Below are positions 29,598 to 38,000 of a stretch of 64,000 bases of DNA, piece after piece. A program made the translations under genes and the position numbers. Source of the DNA: a virus. Below the pieces are notes generated by a model. That model was not told the origin of the DNA, did no database searches, and was given only the letters and a program-made list of their open reading frames with translations. Where the stretch lies: IMG/VR virus record IMGVR_UViG_3300029787_000018, positions 1 through 64,000 of that record. One strand, 5' to 3'. The first letter of the stretch is position 1. Each line of letters begins with the position of its first letter.

Positions 29598-30316
29598 TGG
29601 CTACAGAAAGAAACGACTTAGAAAAATATTTCGAGTGGTGGCTTAATGAGCTTCTAGAGCATGGTTATATAAGGGGTTACGATAGGGAAGCTGAAAAGTT
29701 TCCCTTGTTCCCCAACTATAAAGCATTAAGATTGAAATTCTTTAAGACCCGTGAACCGGAAGAAGAAGAATTCAATTTTATGCATCAACGCTTTTACAAC
29801 TATGATTACAATATCAAGTGGACTGAAAAATCAAGAAATATATTTTTTCAAGAAGCCGACTTTAGTGATCCTGGTAAAAAGCAATTGCTTGTTCATAAAG
29901 GAGTTTATTTTGTAGCTCATTGGAACGAATCTGAAAGATGCCATATCAGCTATGTGGACGTAAAGCCACCTGCTGCAGGTAACCAGAACGTACAGAATAC
30001 TTCATACCATACGTTTCCTTTGAAACAGCAAATATTGTTATGGTTGCAAGGTATATACATCAATAAGGTAATTCCTTTTCCTATAGCTGGAACAGGAAAG
30101 ACCATATCGTTGTTTCCTAATACGTTTACACCTCAACGGTATACTATTACCGATGGTGGTACACGAACGCGTAAAATACGTTTTAACATAATGTTCTTGA
30201 ACCAATATGTAGAAAAGCGTAAAAAAGCGATAAAGGAAATTCAAGACAACTTATCGAAGCTATCCAAAAAATCAAGACCTGAAGGCGAGTCCGGTCAAAA
30301 AGAACTGTTATTATGA
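29597..30316 (+). CDS. PD-(D/E)XK nuclease (DUF1064/resolvase-like)
   Basis: LE.YF..WL.EL...GYI, YNYDY, YVDVKP, FPLKQ. Confidence 0.65.
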   Translation: MATERNDLEKYFEWWLNELLEHGYIRGYDREAEKFPLFPNYKALRLKFFKTREPEEEEFNFMHQRFYNYDYNIKWTEKSRNIFFQEADFSDPGKKQLLVHKGVYFVAHWNESERCHISYVDVKPPAAGNQNVQNTSYHTFPLKQQILLWLQGIYINKVIPFPIAGTGKTISLFPNTFTPQRYTITDGGTRTRKIRFNIMFLNQYVEKRKKAIKEIQDNLSKLSKKSRPEGESGQKELLL

Positions 30317-30555
30317 GCGATAGACTTAATACTGCCAAAGATTTATTAGCTAAGCATAAACGTAAATCTGAAATTACTTTTACGCCACTTGCCGAAAAGA
30401 TATTTGACGTAGGCTTTTATATAGGAATGTTGGCGTATACGGAGTTTATGGAAGAAACAATTGATTTACCAAAAGATATAAGTGTTGATCAATTAAAATT
30501 AATGAACGATGAAATCGATTCGTTCTTTGATAATTTACTAGATGATAAAAATTAG
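30313..30555 (+). CDS. Hypothetical protein
   Basis: 80-aa ORF with ATGA overlap. Confidence 0.55.
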   Translation: MSDRLNTAKDLLAKHKRKSEITFTPLAEKIFDVGFYIGMLAYTEFMEETIDLPKDISVDQLKLMNDEIDSFFDNLLDDKN

Positions 30556-30910
30556 GAAAGACACTACGGAATATCAGCTAAACGCCCAAAAGTATTGTAT
30601 TGATAATAAAATAGATGTCGATACTACAAATGATCAAACGGGTTGGGCGATATGGATAACTTTTCCTGACGGTACCGATGAAGTATATGCTTGTTTTCTT
30701 TTGGAAGATGAAATGACAAAGCAGTATTGGAACGCTATTACATATGCAGCGGGATTATGGTGGGATAGGCAAAAAGCTTCTACCACCGTAAAAACGCCAC
30801 CGGCTGTTCCAAAAGTGCCTTCGGTACCCAAAATTCCTAAAGTTCCAAAGGTTCCATCTGTACCTCAGATACCTAGAGTTCCAAAAGTTCCTCAAATTCC
30901 CAAAAATTAA
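30542..30910 (+). CDS. Protein with (Px[VI])n tail
   Basis: C-terminal PAVPKVPSVPKIPKVPKVPSVPQIPRVPKVPQIP. Confidence 0.65.
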   Translation: MIKIRKDTTEYQLNAQKYCIDNKIDVDTTNDQTGWAIWITFPDGTDEVYACFLLEDEMTKQYWNAITYAAGLWWDRQKASTTVKTPPAVPKVPSVPKIPKVPKVPSVPQIPRVPKVPQIPKN

Positions 30911-30925
30911 TACTAACTTTATAGT

Positions 30926-31390
30926 ATGTTTAGAATTGTAAACACAAAGCGTTCAAATGAAAAAGGTCAAGAATACTTGCTTAGTAGTAAACACATAATT
31001 CCGACTACTTTCTTTAAGTATTTAGACCACCTTATCATTAATGTTATTGAAATGGATCTTAATAATAAAAAGAATATTAAGATTTTTGTAAAACAAGGTG
31101 TATCGGAAGAAGAAGCCGTTAACAGGGTTTCCGATATGATGTTGATATTTATGGATAATCATTACATACAAAATGACCCGATATCAGGACCTTATTTTAT
31201 AGAGAAAGTAAAAGAAGAGGTTTACCCTATGCCCAATGTAAATAGGAAAAAATCAAAATCTGAAATCAAGGAGGAAATAAGTAACCTTGAAACCAGAATG
31301 AACAATGCCGTTAGCAGAGAGAATTACGAAGAAGCTGCTAAGCTTAGAGATCAAATAGAGAAACTTAATGGCAAAGAAACGTCCATATAA
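30926..31390 (+). CDS. UvrB/UvrC (UVR) motif protein
   Basis: LETRMNNAVSRENYEEAAKLRDQI. Confidence 0.75.
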   Translation: MFRIVNTKRSNEKGQEYLLSSKHIIPTTFFKYLDHLIINVIEMDLNNKKNIKIFVKQGVSEEEAVNRVSDMMLIFMDNHYIQNDPISGPYFIEKVKEEVYPMPNVNRKKSKSEIKEEISNLETRMNNAVSRENYEEAAKLRDQIEKLNGKETSI

Positions 31391-31547
31391 AAGACGTTTT
31401 TTAAGAGGTCGTAAATACGACTTTATGGCTAAGTATGCTTACTCTCTAGGTTTTGATAATGTTACCGATGCGATAAACTTTATGGGTTCTGGAAGAATAT
31501 TCAGAAACTCTTTTAATGAATGGTGCAAATACAAACGTTTAAAATAA
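31368..31547 (+). CDS. Small basic protein (not in ORF track)
   Basis: Manual translation MAKKRPYKRRFLRG...WCKYKRLK*, 59 aa. Confidence 0.45.
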   Translation: MAKKRPYKRRFLRGRKYDFMAKYAYSLGFDNVTDAINFMGSGRIFRNSFNEWCKYKRLK

Positions 31548-31690
31548 ATTTATGGAAGAAGAAACATTTCAATGGATAATTATAGCTGGATTGATCATAG
31601 CTGTTGTAGTTCTGTTCTACAGAACACCTAAAAAAGAACAGGTAGATACTTTGGAAAATAAGACCAGGTATCTTTCTGAAAACGATTAGT

Positions 31691-31724
31691 AAAATGTCCA
31701 GTTTATTAATAAACTGGACATTTT
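31691..31724. terminator. Perfect 34-bp palindrome/terminator at the head of the cassette array
   Basis: AAAATGTCCAGTTTATTAATAAACTGGACATTTT. Confidence 0.8.
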
Positions 31725-31853
31725 TATTTATTTAAACCAATAGATATAACGTACTAGGAAATATGACCTATGTGCGTTTTTCTACATACGTAAAACTTAT
31801 GGCAAATAATAAATATGACGACTTTGATAAAAGTAGGATATTAAGATTGTTTC

Positions 31854-32078
31854 ATGGACTTACAAAAAATGTTTGAAGTGGTCGAAAACACAGACCGTAA
31901 AAGATGGGAATTTACCCCAAATGAAGGCGTGAACGAAACAAGTTACACAGTAGCCTTTTATGAATGTGATAATGAACCTGATGCGTGGATAGCTTTATAT
32001 TTAGCAATATCCAAAAAAAACCAAAAGACAGCAAGTAAGCGAGGTTTAAGCATTTTTTATATGCATTGTTATCAATAG
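31854..32078 (+). CDS. Hypothetical protein reading into the left end of cassette A
   Basis: 74-aa ORF whose stop lies inside GTTATCAATAG. Confidence 0.5.
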   Translation: MDLQKMFEVVENTDRKRWEFTPNEGVNETSYTVAFYECDNEPDAWIALYLAISKKNQKTASKRGLSIFYMHCYQ

Positions 32079-32388
32079 TTAATGATTAATCACAAACCAC
32101 AATAGATATGCCAGATTATAAATTTTTTCCAATGAATGAGCTACCTGAAAAAAGCGTAGACGACCCAAGTTTTAGCAAGACAGTACTTGTCTATGATAAA
32201 ACCGATAATAACCACATATTCGAGAACCTTGGCTACTACGATTTTGAAGATAGTGAATGGACTCATTTTGGTGATGAAAGTATGAATTTAATATGTTGGT
32301 GTTATGTACCTGACCCGAAAAAATTTATAAGCTCGAACGATTTAGAAATTGCCTTACATAGAGGTTACCGACCTTAATTATTGGTAAC
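32068..32388 (+). mobile_element. Cassette A
   Basis: GTTATCAATAGTTAA (32068-32082) / TTAATTATTGGTAAC (32374-32388), 13/15 complementary. Confidence 0.8.
32108..32377 (+). CDS. Cassette A gene, DUF551-like hypothetical protein
   Basis: ELPE...SKTVLVY...LGYYDF...W...ICWCYVP. Confidence 0.65.
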   Translation: MPDYKFFPMNELPEKSVDDPSFSKTVLVYDKTDNNHIFENLGYYDFEDSEWTHFGDESMNLICWCYVPDPKKFISSNDLEIALHRGYRP

Positions 32389-32498
32389 GTTAAAATGTAT
32401 GGTGCGTTTTGCACGAACTTAATTAAATATTAAACAACTTTTGAATTATGGAAAATACAACGCAGAAAATCAACGATAAATGCACTATACATAGTGTT
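32386..32498 (+). repeat. Junction hairpin J1 (attC-like)
   Basis: AAC..ATGTATGGTGCGTTT (32395-32409) / AAATGCACTATACAT (32478-32492)..GTT. Confidence 0.85.
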
Positions 32499-32753
32499 CT
32501 TAATAGTGCCGTTGTTTGGGATACTCTCGAAAACTTTGATGCAAGCACTACACTTGCTCAACACGCTTTTGTAAGTGTTCAAAGAGGTAAATATTATGAA
32601 GATAAGTATGACGGAAACAAGTCTTTATGCGGAAAGATTGGGGCACACGATGGCGACAAATTCATTGCTTTAAAAGACTTTAACCCTGAAGTATTGAACG
32701 AAGAAAAAGCGTGTAAGACCTGCCTTAAAATATATAAAAAAGGTATTATTTAG
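32448..32753 (+). CDS. Cassette B gene, putative Zn-binding protein; start codon lies in the J1 loop
   Basis: H..SLCG...ACKTCLK; N-terminal MENTTQKINDKCTIHS is encoded by the junction. Confidence 0.65.
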   Translation: MENTTQKINDKCTIHSVLNSAVVWDTLENFDASTTLAQHAFVSVQRGKYYEDKYDGNKSLCGKIGAHDGDKFIALKDFNPEVLNEEKACKTCLKIYKKGII

Positions 32754-32756
32754 AAC
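32496..32756 (+). mobile_element. Cassette B
   Basis: GTTCTTAATAGTGCC / GGTATTATTTAGAAC, 12/15 complementary. Confidence 0.8.
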
Positions 32757-32798
32757 GTTGAGTATAAACCCTCGTTTTAATGGGGTTTATACATTGTT
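32754..32798 (+). repeat. Junction hairpin J2 (minimal, 45 bp)
   Basis: AACGTTGA-GTATAAACCC-TCGTTTTAATG-GGGTTTATAC-ATT-GTT. Confidence 0.9.
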
Positions 32799-33284
32799 AC
32801 CCTTAGTACGGGTTTGAAGAAATAAATTAACTTAAAAACAGAAATAAAATGAAAATTGAATTAACAGTAAAAAAGGAATTTGAAGTAAAGACATTATTAG
32901 TTGAAGCCAATGTAAGATATTGGGAAGATGCAACTGTAAATGGTGTTGAAGACGAAAACGGTGATTTAATACCTTGTAAATTAGGCGACACTTGGAAGCC
33001 GATTATTGATTTAGAAACTGGATTAATAACTAATTGGGAAAAAGGAAAGGAAGCGGATATACATTACAAAGTATGTGATGCAGGTGAATATTGGTTGCAA
33101 GATGAAAACGGTGAAAAGATTGTAAAGGCAAAAGGATATTATGTACCTGACTTTTTAGCAATTGACGATAGTGGATTGGGCGACTACATTATTATGAAAG
33201 TTGACAAAGATGGTAAAATCAACAATTGGCGATTTGATAGCGAACCATTTACTAACGAAGACGAAGATTAGTATTAAGGGTAAC
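32796..33284 (+). mobile_element. Cassette C
   Basis: GTTACCCTTAGTAC / GTATTAAGGGTAAC, 13/14 complementary. Confidence 0.85.
32849..33271 (+). CDS. Cassette C gene, phage hypothetical protein
   Basis: VRYWEDATVNG...W.PIIDLETG.I.NW...HYKVCDAG.Y...GYYVP...GDYI. Confidence 0.8.
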   Translation: MKIELTVKKEFEVKTLLVEANVRYWEDATVNGVEDENGDLIPCKLGDTWKPIIDLETGLITNWEKGKEADIHYKVCDAGEYWLQDENGEKIVKAKGYYVPDFLAIDDSGLGDYIIMKVDKDGKINNWRFDSEPFTNEDED

Positions 33285-33468
33285 GATTAATCTATGATTA
33301 GTCGCAGTCTTAAACCTAAACACAATAAATATGGAATATAAAAAAATATTAACCGTTGCCGATTTAAGGGATGTTAACGATTCTTATGAGAAGGGTGAAA
33401 TATTATACTCAAAAATGGTAGAACTTCTAAACAAGCGCATATCTGAGCGATTAATTATAGATGTTGTT
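33282..33468 (+). repeat. Junction hairpin J3 with an ORF in its loop
   Basis: ATCTATGATTAGTCGC (33290-33305) / GCGATTAATTATAGAT (33447-33462). Confidence 0.85.
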
Positions 33469-33495
33469 ACCTACTGTGGCGATTTAATAAACTAA
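33331..33495 (+). CDS. 54-aa ORF starting in the J3 loop and ending in cassette D (not in ORF track)
   Basis: Manual translation MEYKKILTVADLRDVNDSYEKGEILYSKMVELLNKRISERLIIDVVTYCGDLIN*; A-rich leader. Confidence 0.55.
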   Translation: MEYKKILTVADLRDVNDSYEKGEILYSKMVELLNKRISERLIIDVVTYCGDLIN

Positions 33496-33760
33496 AATTT
33501 TGATAAATGACTGAAACTAAAAATACATACGAGCCAAATGGCACAGAAGAAGAAGTAAAACTTGGTATTTTGCATAATGTAAACGGCTACTGGGTAAGCA
33601 ACGAGGGAACTAGACAGCAACCAAACTACCACGTATGGATACCAAGTGTAACGCACTCGGTTTGCGACAGTGCCTATGCAGAAATAGACCTTGCCGTTTG
33701 TAGATGTAATTATTTGGCGAAAAATAAGATTGAGGCACATTACCAGCCATTGTAGGTAAC
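33466..33760 (+). mobile_element. Cassette D
   Basis: GTTACCTACTGTGGC / GCCATTGTAGGTAAC, 13/15 complementary. Confidence 0.85.
33507..33755 (+). CDS. Cassette D gene, hypothetical protein
   Basis: 82-aa ORF; stop lies inside the right-hand repeat. Confidence 0.65.
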   Translation: MTETKNTYEPNGTEEEVKLGILHNVNGYWVSNEGTRQQPNYHVWIPSVTHSVCDSAYAEIDLAVCRCNYLAKNKIEAHYQPL

Positions 33761-33882
33761 GGCAAAGTATAAGATTTCGGTTGCGTTTAGGCGACTGGCT
33801 TAATTAAATGTGCGTTACTCTGATGGTGTAGAAATACCTCACAGACAATGACAAACTAAGCAACTGAATTTTATACATTGTT
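33758..33882 (+). repeat. Junction hairpin J4
   Basis: GTATAAGATTTCGGTTGC (33767-33784) / GCAACTGAATTTTATAC (33860-33876), one extrahelical base. Confidence 0.85.
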
Positions 33883-34668
33883 ACCCACTTTTTAAAAAGC
33901 CGTGCGTGAGGTACGAGGGCAAACACATACAGATTATGAAATACACAGGAAGTAAAAATAGAATTTCAAAATACATATTACCAGTAATGCTTGAAGGTAG
34001 AACCAATGAAACTTGGGTTGAGCCTTTTGTTGGTGGTGCAAATATGATTGATAAAGTTGAAGGAAAAAGAATTGGTTTTGATAATAATGAATATTTAATA
34101 GAGCTATACCATTATTTACAAAATGGAGGTTTAATAGTTAATAGGTTTATAACAAAAGAACAATGGCACAATGTAAAAGAAAATATTGAAAATTACCCAA
34201 AATGGTATGTTGGTTTAGTAGGCGTTTTAGGTTCTTATAATGGTAATTGGTTTAGTGCTTATGGTGGTGGAAGTAAAACTAAAGAAGGTAATTATAGAAA
34301 CTACTTTGATGAAGGTATAAGAGGATTATTAAAACAAGATTTATCTAATATTCAATTTGTATTTTCTGATTATAAAAATATTAAAATACCAAATAATAGT
34401 ATTATTTATTGCGACCCGCCATACCAACTAAAAAACAAAAGATATAAAGAGCATTTTGATAGTGAAGTGTTTTTTGATTGGTTTAGAAATAAAGCAAAAG
34501 AAGGACATAAAGTTTTTGTTTCTGAATATAATGCACCAAAGGATTTTAAATGTATTTGGCAAAAAGAAATAAGTAAAACTAACCCAAAGCAAAAAGTAAA
34601 CAAAATAGAAAAATTATTTACGATTGAGTAAGCCGTAAAGATTGGCGGCTTTTTACATTGTGGGTAAC
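33880..34668 (+). mobile_element. Cassette E
   Basis: GTTACCCACTTTTTAAAAAGCCG / CGGCTTTTTACATTGTGGGTAAC, 20/23 complementary. Confidence 0.85.
33936..34631 (+). CDS. Cassette E gene, D12-class (Dam-like) N6-adenine DNA methyltransferase
   Basis: MKY.GSK, VEPFVGGAN, IYCDPPY, VFVSEY; start moved to ATG 33936. Confidence 0.9.
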   Translation: MKYTGSKNRISKYILPVMLEGRTNETWVEPFVGGANMIDKVEGKRIGFDNNEYLIELYHYLQNGGLIVNRFITKEQWHNVKENIENYPKWYVGLVGVLGSYNGNWFSAYGGGSKTKEGNYRNYFDEGIRGLLKQDLSNIQFVFSDYKNIKIPNNSIIYCDPPYQLKNKRYKEHFDSEVFFDWFRNKAKEGHKVFVSEYNAPKDFKCIWQKEISKTNPKQKVNKIEKLFTIE

Positions 34669-34718
34669 AATTCGCTATGAGTACTACAGCATCACATAAC
34701 TAACTAAAAATCAATAGT

Positions 34719-34931
34719 ATGCGTGTAAATGTAAAATTTGAAGCGGTATGGCAAATAAAGGGTAATACAGACTATAAAGTTACTAAACGCAAAATGGTAA
34801 TTAATTCTAAAACAGAAAAACTATTAACCTATAACAGAAGAGGTTATTTTATAATGGGTAAATATTTAAAGAAAAAAGATTTAAACCATTATTTAGAAAA
34901 GATACCTGAAGAAAATAATTTGCCATTTTAA
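34719..34931 (+). CDS. Small basic beta-rich protein at the distal end of the array
   Basis: 70 aa; WQIK...YKVT....INSKT.KLL...RGYFI.GKY, loosely NUMOD4-like. Confidence 0.65.
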   Translation: MRVNVKFEAVWQIKGNTDYKVTKRKMVINSKTEKLLTYNRRGYFIMGKYLKKKDLNHYLEKIPEENNLPF

Positions 34932-34938
34932 TAAATAA

Positions 34939-35012
34939 ACCAACTGACAAATAATCTTTGACAGTTGGTGTAATTAAGTATTTCAACTACTCGAAAATAT
35001 AGAGTAGTTCTT
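34939..35012. terminator. Two hairpins at the convergence of the rightward and leftward blocks
   Basis: ACCAACTG..CAGTTGGT and AACTACTC..GAGTAGTT. Confidence 0.55.
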
Positions 35013-35013
35013 T

Positions 35014-38000
35014 TTAAAAAATAGACTCTACCATTGATTTAGTTGTTCTTACTGCAGAAGGTATAAGCTTGTATTCGATCTTATCCAAATCCATGTAGTA
35101 ATTGGCATCCCAATAAGCACTCTCTGCAAACCTATTATCGGTGCTCAATGCAAATCCCCCAATAAGTCCTGACATTGCCAGACCTTTTAGCCCACTATCA
35201 AGTCGTTTGGCTAGCTCAGGACTTTCTTTTTGAAGCTTTTTACGATATTCTATATAATCTTTCGGATTCATGCTTTGAACCTCTGAAACCGTCTTAAAAA
35301 GCATTCTTAGCGAACCGATATGTTCGTTACCATAAATATCTATATCCTGTTTCGCGAATCTATCGTTTACAACAGTAGGTAAGAATCTTGAAAACTGCAA
35401 CATCATTCTACCTAAGCTATATTGCTGAATCAATCTTTGATCAGTAGCTTGATACCCTTTCCCTTGTGATTTCTTCACCTCGTTCTCCAACATGATCAAC
35501 CTTTGTTGATCAATAGGCTCTTCCATAGGTTTATACTCCCCGTTCTCGTCAAACTTGTTCCATTCGGCTTCGGTAAGCATACCCGCCATCTGAACACCTT
35601 GAATCCATTTCTCGCTCCACGTCATTGGCATAAGTGCCAAATCGCCCAAGAAATTATCAAGTCTCCCTTTTGAGGACATAGATACGTTATCGTATACATT
35701 GATATCCATAAAGTTCAACGTCTTTAGAATCTTCTGTGTTCTTTTCATTCGTTTTACAATATCAAATGGATTGGTCGTACTGGTATCCATACCCCAAAAA
35801 CGGCTTTCTCCTTTTGCCCATTCTTTTACAGAACCGTTTTTAATGTTATGGTACTTACCAGAGGCTACGTTACCCATGAAATAACTAGCGTTAAAACCTA
35901 ACTGCCAAAATAGGTTCATCTTAGTCAATAGGTCTACAACCTTATCTCCTTTTTCACCTAATAGGTTTTGTCGCTTGCCTTTTAAGTAGTAATCTTTCCA
36001 GTTCATTTTTACGTACTTACCGGCATTCTTTAAACCTTTGTCCTGGTTCAATGCAAGGACACCATCTACAACAGCTTGCATGCTCTTGAATCCTGCAAAG
36101 TTTTCATTACCGTTAACGAACAACGTAGAATGAACATAGCTGTTAAGCGCATGGTTTAAATCCATAGAAGGCATTTCGGTAGCTTTATTACTACGTGTAT
36201 TGGCAAATCGGTTCATAATACCGAAAGACAATGCAGAATCCATTTCAAAATCGGAAACTTCAATATCCGAACCGTCTTCATTTTTGCCGCTTTTTAAGAG
36301 CTTCTTAGCCTTGTTCTTTAAAAGAATGTAGTCTTTAATCTGCTTGGCATTATTCTTAGTGCTGGCCGACATAGCAGAGTATATGTTATCGATATCCTTA
36401 AAGCTAACAAGCTCTTTTTTGCCAGTGTCCGGATTATCGATATATAGCATTACTTCGTTTAAGGCGTCATCGCTATTTTTCGTAGATTGGAGCAACCCGA
36501 GAAGTCCTCTATTTGAAAAAGATTCAAATGTGCCCATAGAGGTGTGAGGTATATAGCCTCTCCTGACTCTTTTACCGTCTGAGGTAGAAGAAGGGGCAAG
36601 TTCTCCGGTAATGTCAGTGAAAGTTTTGTAGAAGTTGTATTCGGCTTCGGATAATCTGCCTTGCTCTTTAAGTTTGTTGATTTCTTCATTGCTTTTTAGT
36701 TTGAATTCTTTAATGACCTTACCCTCGGAAACAATCTCGTTCTCTTCTACAAGATTACCGTAAAGTATGTTGTAAAGGTCTTTTCTGTTGTGAATATAAC
36801 TATAATAGAAACGTTTTAAAATATCTATAGGGTTACCGCTATCGAACATGAAACCGAACTTCTCTTTGTAAAGTGCGTTCGTAGTTTCGTTGATCCTGGT
36901 AACGTATTTTTTCTTTTCGTTCTGAAACTGTTTCTCCATAGCTGTCATATTCCTTACCATACCTTGTATCTCTGGATGATTGGAAGGAATATTGTTAGCC
37001 ATTAACCAAGTTTGTACAGGACCAAGGTCTTCATTGGTTTTTGTACGTCCTGTCAACTTTGTTTGTTGAGCGGATATCTTTGCCGCCAACGCCTTTACTA
37101 TAGGTGTGGTAATATTGGCATACGCATAGGCATTTTTGGAACCGTACGTTCTATATAGTTCCATAAGCTTTTCGGGGCTGAACTGATTAAAGTCCTTACC
37201 CCTGAAGCTTTTGTTATATATTTCGTTGGCTCTCTTTTTTTCCTTTACGTATTCCTGATAAGCCTGGTTCTTGGATTCCTCTGTTTGAAACTTGTTGAAC
37301 TCCATGGCATCGTTGAACGTCTGCTTGTCCATAAAGTCCTGTGACTTGTAATCCCAGAACTCTTCACGAGCTTCCATGCCTATCGGCTCAGCTTTTTTTT
37401 TAACACGTGGAACAGGATTGTTGGAACTAGAAGTAATGGTAACTAAATCTATATCCAATTGGTTGTTCGTGCGTCTAGGAACTTTTTTTATCATTTTTGT
37501 AGCGTTCTTGGCTAAATGATTAAGTCTGTTCAACGTGTTTGAAATAGGCTTGTTGAATACTTCGGACTTGTTTCCTATAAACTTGTAAAGGTTCATATTG
37601 CCCTTGGCATCCCTTGACTTGAAGTAGAACTGTGTATTGTTCTCCAACGCTGCTCTGAACTGTGGGTTCTTTTGCATTTCTATCATAGCCTTTTCAGGTG
37701 ATAGCCCTTTAATGTCAAAGAAAGGAATATTGTTACGTACACCATTGATATCTTTAAGCATCAATATTTCTTCCAATTCCCTAAGCTCTGGACGCGTATA
37801 GGTTTTATCGTTTTTCTCCTTGAAATCTTGGTTAAGGTTCTCTACCAACATTTTGTTCGTGAACGAGTCGGTAATAGGCAACATGGACAAAGGACTTCCC
37901 CAACCGTTTTTGGTAAGGTCATAATAAACAAGTTTATATTGCAAGTCTGCAGGAAGTTCCGAAAACTCTTTGTTCATTCTACGTACCTCTTGGGTAGTAA

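Larger units (their letters stand above)
31745..34700 (+). mobile_element. Integron-like gene-cassette array (5 cassettes, attC-like junctions, no integrase in window)
   Basis: Five cassettes, each with a self-complementary GTT.../...AAC end pair, separated by four hairpin junctions with conserved geometry. Confidence 0.8.

Noticed and set aside
31745-34700. CRISPR array or simple terminators as the explanation for the repeats
   Set aside because: There are no identical direct repeats with uniform spacers. The junctions lack U-tracts, and pairing is nested and cassette-specific.
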